Below, piece after piece: positions 54,444 through 58,829 of a stretch of DNA of 58,829 nucleotides. The DNA is taken from positions 1-58,829 of the IMG/VR virus record IMGVR_UViG_3300045988_093898; one strand, given 5' to 3'. Origin of the DNA: a virus. Within the stretch, counting starts at the first letter, position 1. Every line of letters starts with the position of its first letter. The position numbers and the translations under genes were made by a program. The notes beneath the pieces were generated by a model. It saw only the letters and a program-made list of their open reading frames with translations, was not told where the DNA came from and searched no databases.

Positions 54444-54776
54444 ATGACTGGCAATGAGTATCAAAAGTTTGCAAACAGAACTTGCAGTATTACAGAAAAC
54501 AAAACGGATATGCTGCATCATGCAGTATTCGGTTTAACATCTGAGGCAGGAGAAGTAGCCGGGATGTTACAAAAGGAATATCAGGGGCACGAATTTGATA
54601 TAGACCATTTCAAGAAAGAATTAGGAGATTGTACATGGATGATTGCGGAAGCGTGTACTGCGGTCGGAATAACTCTTGACGATGTATTTAACACGAATAT
54701 CAAGAAATTAAAGAAACGCTATCCTGATGGTTTTACAACAGAAAATTCACTGCATAGGGCAGAAAATGATATATAA
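54444..54776 (+). CDS. MazG-like nucleotide pyrophosphohydrolase
   Basis: NEYQKFANRT...GLTSEAGEVAGMLQK...ELGDCTWMIAEACTAVGITLDDVFNTNIKKLKKRYPDGF. Confidence 0.75.
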   Translation: MTGNEYQKFANRTCSITENKTDMLHHAVFGLTSEAGEVAGMLQKEYQGHEFDIDHFKKELGDCTWMIAEACTAVGITLDDVFNTNIKKLKKRYPDGFTTENSLHRAENDI

Positions 54777-54932
54777 GAGTGAGGTGAAGAGATATGGCAA
54801 TTAGAGCACCAACAATTTAAAGTGAAACATTTTTTGAAACTTGTTTAACAATTATTTTTTTTCATATCTTTGTATCTTCTGAGAAATATTACATATCACA
54901 CACCGCAAGGCGATAACAGTCTTGCGGAATAA

Positions 54933-55004
54933 TGGGGCATCGCCAAGAGGTTAAGGCATAGCACTTTGACTGCTACATCATGGGTTCAAATCCCATTGCA
55001 CCAG
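54933..55004 (+). tRNA. tRNA-Gln (anticodon TTG)
   Basis: Manual cloverleaf. Acceptor tggggca/tgcacca (one G-A mismatch). Anticodon arm tagca-cttTTGac-tgcta. T arm atggg-ttcaaat-cccat. No encoded CCA. Confidence 0.8.
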
Positions 55005-55260
55005 TTTGGCAAGATGCCATCTTTGTTTTTCTTCTTGCAAAATTGCGGAGAAAAACTCCTTTCCCACACTAGCGGAATGCTGATTAAAGAGCCATCGCAC
55101 GGCTCGGTGTGGTTGTTCGGGTGTCTATCCCACGATGCCCGAACTTACATACTTTTTCCGTACTGGACTAATGTAGTTCCATTACAACTTTCACACCCAC
55201 CCATAACACACAGGTGCTTGCATACCATCTTAAAAGCCTATACAGAGGTGTATGCAACTT

Positions 55261-55332
55261 TGGCATATAGCTCAGTGGTAGAGCAACAGATTGTTAATCT
55301 GTGGGTCGTAGGTTCGATACCTACTATGCCAG
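55261..55332 (+). tRNA. tRNA-Asn (anticodon GTT)
   Basis: Manual cloverleaf. Acceptor tggcata/tatgcca. D arm gctc-agtggta-gagc. Anticodon arm acaga-ttGTTaa-tctgt. T arm gtagg-ttcgata-cctac. Confidence 0.88.
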
Positions 55333-55525
55333 TTATGTCAACACTTGTGCAGAAACCAATGTCGGCAATGGAAGAACAGAAACTAGCTGTTGACATTATC
55401 AATTTGCTCTCGACAAACGTCATTAGGGACGGTTCGAGAACGGTATAACAAAGTCCGTATGAATTATACAAATATAGCAACAAAAATAATTCAATCCGTA
55501 AGTAGATGCTATGAACTTACGGTTT

Positions 55526-55643
55526 CGGATAGTAGCTTAATGGCAGAGCTTCCTCGGAGCCGAAAGTGTAAGAATAAGGATGGTGCACACGAATTATTCT
55601 GAGAAAAAGCAGAGTGGCAGAGGTTCGATTCCTCTCTATCCGG
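55526..55643 (+). ncRNA. oversized tRNA-like element A (118 nt)
   Basis: Perfect 7-bp acceptor cggatag/ctatccg. D-arm-like gctt-aatggca-gagc. T arm agagg-ttcgatt-cctct. There are 69 nt where about 22 are expected, and I could not fold an anticodon arm. Internal 8-nt direct repeat TGGCAGAG (55541, 55615). Confidence 0.35.
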
Positions 55644-55743
55644 TTTATTTGGTCAGTGATATGCTGTTGGCTTAACTGGTGGTCTATGTCATGGCTGAAT
55701 GCAATACACGCCCACGCAAAAATACTAGTTACGACGCGGGTGG

Positions 55744-55854
55744 TAGATAGTGACGGAATAGGTAAACGGAATTGCCGTAGAGAATTGGGTGCAATCGACA
55801 ACTTAGCTACCCAGGTTGCGCACTCCTGTGTGGTGCAAATCCACACCTATCTAC
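55744..55854 (+). ncRNA. tRNA-like element B (about 110 nt)
   Basis: Acceptor-like gtagata/tatctac. T-arm-like gtgtgg-tgcaaat-ccacac. No canonical D or anticodon arms found by hand. Confidence 0.25.
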
Positions 55855-55922
55855 TTATCCTCAAAACTATCGAGGATAGCTGATAAACAGGCTTTTTAAA
55901 GTTCTTCCTGACAATATGAAGA

Positions 55923-55968
55923 AGAGTAGACAGATGGTGTTTTATCCGGTTCGATTCCGGACTACTCT
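55923..55968 (+). ncRNA. tRNA minihelix-like element C (46 nt)
   Basis: Acceptor agagtag/ctactct and T arm tccgg-ttcgatt-ccgga, joined by only 15 nt. Confidence 0.3.
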
Positions 55969-55996
55969 TTAATAATTTAAGTGAGAGGTAAGAAAG

Positions 55997-56515
55997 ATGG
56001 ATAATTTGGAACAACACAAAACACTTTTACAACAGATACATGATACATATGTCAAGAAAAATCATGATTATGGCGATAGCTTTAGTCGTTCATTTAAGAA
56101 ATATGGACTTGTAGCGGCTATGGTTCGCATGGAAGATAAATGGAACAGACTTGATAATATGGCATTAGGAGCAGAACAGAAAGTTGCTGACGAAACTATA
56201 AGAGATACGCTGCTAGACCTTGCTGGATATTGCGTTATGACAACGATGGAACTGGACAGAGAGAAAGATAACGCAAATCAAAAGGCATTTGAAGAACAGG
56301 TTCGGGATGAATATGTCGAAGTTTTTGGAGAAGATAACGAGAACGAAAATGAAGAAACAGATGCTTCTAATAAAACATCAGTGGAAAAGAGCTCTATTGA
56401 TGTAGGCAAGGTAATGGCTTTACATAATGCCAAATGGTCGCAAGCAAAGATTGCTGATGAAATGGGGTGTTCACAGGGGCGGATTTCGCAGATTATCAAA
56501 GAATACAAACAGTGA
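55997..56515 (+). CDS. DUF1599 / MazG-superfamily-like protein with C-terminal HTH
   Basis: HDTYVKKNHDYGDSF...MVRMEDKWNRL...LLDLAGYCVM. C-terminal WSQAKIADEMGCSQGRISQIIKEY. Confidence 0.5.
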   Translation: MDNLEQHKTLLQQIHDTYVKKNHDYGDSFSRSFKKYGLVAAMVRMEDKWNRLDNMALGAEQKVADETIRDTLLDLAGYCVMTTMELDREKDNANQKAFEEQVRDEYVEVFGEDNENENEETDASNKTSVEKSSIDVGKVMALHNAKWSQAKIADEMGCSQGRISQIIKEYKQ

Positions 56516-56534
56516 GGTAAATTTGAGGTGCAAT

Positions 56535-57011
56535 ATGAAAGATTGCTCGATTTGTAAATATTGTGATGAAGATTTTATTTTTGATGAAGAAATAGGAGAA
56601 GAATATCCGATTTACAATTGCCTAAAGGGGAATGATACATCACTTGACTATGAGTGCAAGGATTTTGAGAAATACAAGTCACAAAAATATAAAGAGAAAA
56701 ATACCGAATGCGATATATGCGAATACAGAGAAAAATGTGCAAAATATAGTTCTGGGATAGACTGTACAACCTACAGAGATACAAAAACACATATTATTTA
56801 TCCACAAGACAAATGTATTAAAAGAGCTTATGATTGTACAGATTTTAATGATAGCTTAGAACATAGACATATTGATATAGACCAATGGTTTAGAACTGTT
56901 AATATGCCTACAAATGAAGAAATAAAAGTATTTAAAAAGGCAAAAAAACTAGGTGTTGAGATACCTAAAAATATTGAAAACTATTTCAAAGAATATGGGA
57001 TTGAGGTGTAA
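56535..57011 (+). CDS. Cys-rich hypothetical protein
   Basis: GAGGTG upstream of ATG 56535. Confidence 0.45.
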   Translation: MKDCSICKYCDEDFIFDEEIGEEYPIYNCLKGNDTSLDYECKDFEKYKSQKYKEKNTECDICEYREKCAKYSSGIDCTTYRDTKTHIIYPQDKCIKRAYDCTDFNDSLEHRHIDIDQWFRTVNMPTNEEIKVFKKAKKLGVEIPKNIENYFKEYGIEV

Positions 57012-57012
57012 T

Positions 57013-57231
57013 ATGTGTAAGTTTTGCGAAAACATAGGAATAGGACTTCCAGATTGGAATTTCTTACCAGAAGAAGATTTTGACATAGTTCCTAGTGGAA
57101 TTAAAATAGAAATACGAAAAATAACAGATAATAACGCACTTGTTTTTACTAACAGTGCAGGTGAATACGGAGCAGGAGCATTAAATATCAACTATTGCCC
57201 TATGTGTGGCAAAAAACTGAGCGAGGACTAA
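57013..57231 (+). CDS. zinc-ribbon small protein, tandem paralog 1
   Basis: MCKFCENIGIGLPDWNF...NYCPMCGKKL. Confidence 0.5.
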   Translation: MCKFCENIGIGLPDWNFLPEEDFDIVPSGIKIEIRKITDNNALVFTNSAGEYGAGALNINYCPMCGKKLSED

Positions 57232-57233
57232 GT

Positions 57234-57446
57234 ATGTGTGAATTTTGTGAAGATATAGGAATTGGCATACCAAAATGGGACTTCTACAACGAAAAATCTC
57301 CGAATTATTCTGGAATTGCTATTGAGATACGCAACATTACTAATAGCCCGGGCTTAGTATTTACAAATTCTGCTGATGAATACGGAAGTGGGTATATAAA
57401 AATCAATTATTGCCCTATCTGCGGTAGAAAGTTGGTGGAAGAATGA
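57234..57446 (+). CDS. zinc-ribbon small protein, tandem paralog 2
   Basis: MCEFCEDIGIGIPKWDF...NYCPICGRKL. Confidence 0.5.
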   Translation: MCEFCEDIGIGIPKWDFYNEKSPNYSGIAIEIRNITNSPGLVFTNSADEYGSGYIKINYCPICGRKLVEE

Positions 57447-57697
57447 ATGAATTTTTAAAATTTTTTGATGATAAAGCAAAAGACTTCCCCATGCATCTTG
57501 AAATTACTTATAGTAAAATATGTGATTGGAATATTTTGATTTACAAAAAAGGCTGTGCTGATGATTACCCTAAAGCTAGGTGTAATGGCGAAGATATAAT
57601 AATTGTTGATGAAAGTGATTGCGATATGGAGCTTTGCTTTGCTAGGGCACATGTGAAGTTGAAAGAATGGCTTTCGGAATTTAATGGCGGATATTAA
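57443..57697 (+). CDS. hypothetical protein (84 aa)
   Basis: ORF track. ATGA overlap. Confidence 0.45.
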   Translation: MNEFLKFFDDKAKDFPMHLEITYSKICDWNILIYKKGCADDYPKARCNGEDIIIVDESDCDMELCFARAHVKLKEWLSEFNGGY

Positions 57698-57709
57698 GGC
57701 GGTGTAAGA

Positions 57710-58057
57710 ATGAAAGAAACTATTTTATATATTTCCAAATCGGAACAGGATATACGAAATTTTCTGAAACTTCTTCAATCAAGGCTAAAAGCAGTACAAA
57801 ATGAATGCATCCTAGATGAAAAACACAATATTTTAAAAGTACCAAAATATTATGATATTGTCGGGAAGAACATTCACGGAAACATGCTTGGTACAGGCTA
57901 TGGATATTGCAAATATTATTGTTTTTCAGAAGCGTATAGCAAAGATAAGTATAGCAATGCAGAAAATGAAAGGCTTAAAGAAATTCTTATGCACACAAGA
58001 GAGGGCGCAGAGGAAATATCAGAATTTGATATTTTACGTATGCTAGGGTTGACTTAA
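57710..58057 (+). CDS. hypothetical protein (115 aa)
   Basis: ORF track. Confidence 0.45.
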   Translation: MKETILYISKSEQDIRNFLKLLQSRLKAVQNECILDEKHNILKVPKYYDIVGKNIHGNMLGTGYGYCKYYCFSEAYSKDKYSNAENERLKEILMHTREGAEEISEFDILRMLGLT

Positions 58058-58068
58058 AAGGCGGTGGA

Positions 58069-58227
58069 ATGATGAAGCAGGAAAAAGAAATTTTATGCGC
58101 ATGTATTAACCATGAAAATTGTCCATTAGACCCGGTTAGTTGCGGATGTTCAATAGAAATTACGACTTTTGAAGATGCTGGTATAGGTAAAAGAACATTC
58201 ATTCCGGGAATCGAATGTGATAAGTGA
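58069..58227 (+). CDS. Cys-rich small protein (52 aa)
   Basis: RBS GGCGGTGG. Read from the sequence. Confidence 0.3.
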   Translation: MMKQEKEILCACINHENCPLDPVSCGCSIEITTFEDAGIGKRTFIPGIECDK

Positions 58228-58238
58228 GGGCGGTTTAT

Positions 58239-58535
58239 ATGAAACATCAAAAAGAATGGCGCACTTGCGACAGGTGCGGAAAAGAGATAAATATTCCAAA
58301 AGAGAAAAAGTGGTATGATTGCATAACACCGCATTTAAGAGAAATGAAACTTAAAAAATCGGTTAGCTTTGATGAGTATGTAACAAACATTCGTCAGAAC
58401 ATTGTTTTACCGGAACCGGAATTGAGCCAAATTAATAGTATCAGACTTAAAGAATATTATGTCAGTGAAACAGAGAGCATTGATTTATGCCCTAAGTGCA
58501 GGAAAGATTTTGAGAGGTTTATGAGAAATGAATAA
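58239..58535 (+). CDS. zinc-ribbon protein
   Basis: CDRCGKE...CPKCRKD. RBS GTGAGGG. Confidence 0.45.
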   Translation: MKHQKEWRTCDRCGKEINIPKEKKWYDCITPHLREMKLKKSVSFDEYVTNIRQNIVLPEPELSQINSIRLKEYYVSETESIDLCPKCRKDFERFMRNE

Positions 58536-58746
58536 CATTGACAATCCTTTATCAGATTATCAACCGCCATCTAAAGAAGCAATGATAAATTTCGGCATAG
58601 ATATTTCAAAAGAAGCGGTAGAAAAATATGCTTTGGAAAAGTTTGGTAGGCTGCCACAAAGCCACATTGAAATGGATTTTGCTAGGGATTCTAAAATAGT
58701 TGAAGAAACAAGGAGATTTATAAGCAATGAAGAAATCAAGAAGTAA
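58528..58746 (+). CDS. hypothetical protein (72 aa)
   Basis: ORF track. Confidence 0.45.
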   Translation: MNNIDNPLSDYQPPSKEAMINFGIDISKEAVEKYALEKFGRLPQSHIEMDFARDSKIVEETRRFISNEEIKK

Positions 58747-58829
58747 AATAATCATTAAAACAAGAGCTGGCGGTTACACAAAGATTTATGCCAATGGGAA
58801 ATGGCAGAAGAAAGTATGTGTCATTGATT
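58727..58829 (+). CDS. 5' part of the junction-spanning small basic protein gene (continues at 48..187 of the circular map)
   Basis: AAGGAG 9 nt upstream of ATG 58727. The frame is open to the end of the window. Confidence 0.55.
   Translation, partial: MKKSRSKIIIKTRAGGYTKIYANGKWQKKVCVID
58783..58829. repeat. Terminal direct repeat identical to 1..47
   Basis: Exact 47/47 identity, read directly. Confidence 0.95.

Noticed and set aside
54966-55448. 160-aa plus-strand ORF from the ORF track
   Set aside because: It runs straight through tRNA-Gln flanking sequence and the whole of tRNA-Asn. It has no RBS and a junk-like composition. The region is better explained as non-coding RNA.
55517-55883. 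109-aa minus-strand and 89-aa plus-strand ORFs in the RNA island
   Set aside because: They overlap the tRNA-like elements, have no ribosome-binding sites and have an unusual composition. They are most likely chance ORFs in relatively GC-richer structured sequence.
1-58829. Genome-wide TGA reassignment (genetic code 4-like) suggested by the in-frame TGA at 36108
   Set aside because: TGA terminates well-supported genes with overlapping downstream starts, for example 10606-10608 and 28607-28609. Apart from 35940..36260, I noticed no other case of same-frame coding continuing across a stop. The event is local.

Overview
The window looks like the complete, AT-rich genome of a temperate tailed phage or prophage. 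The style is that of a low-GC Firmicute (Clostridia-like) phage. The tail appears long and non-contractile: there is a 1655-aa tape measure and no sheath gene. Bases 1-47 are identical to 58783-58829, so this is a circular or circularly permuted assembly with a unit length of 58782 bp, and one ORF reads across the junction.

Module map, almost all on the + strand:
- 975-2717: large terminase.
- 2721-4168: three-gene insertion.
- 4177-8916: portal, scaffold, decoration-like protein, lambda-E-like capsid, a tandem DUF2829/Tad2-like protein and a connector.
- 9028-9602: membrane protein plus holin, inside the head-tail genes.
- 9595-12539: tail genes, including a chaperone with a -1 frameshift.
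- 12588-13280: amidase endolysin.
- 13296-18263: tape measure.
- 18329-20764: moron island (secreted Big_2 protein, RHH, antisense RNA, AntA antirepressor).
- 20873-26758: baseplate and fibre genes, including a candidate invertible fibre tip.
- 27113-28609: CI / Cro / antirepressor switch.
- 29896-32651: RecE-like nuclease, RecT and RusA.
- 34562-41792: PAPS-reductase-like genes, replisome organizer, G39P-like loader and many Cys-rich small proteins.
- 41967-43340: large serine recombinase, with candidate attP downstream.
- 43634-49917: accessory island.
- 50165-51566: four-gene minus-strand operon with a Cas5-like protein, under an RHH/iteron control region.
- 52430-53099: iteron-rich, AT-rich non-coding region.
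- 53100-53747: small terminase.
- 53923-58829: early/accessory genes, including MazG-like proteins and a 1.2-kb RNA island with tRNA-Gln, tRNA-Asn and three aberrant tRNA-like elements.

All family assignments come from motif and architecture recognition by eye. No database search was possible. Start codons were refined by Shine-Dalgarno inspection and may be wrong by a few codons.
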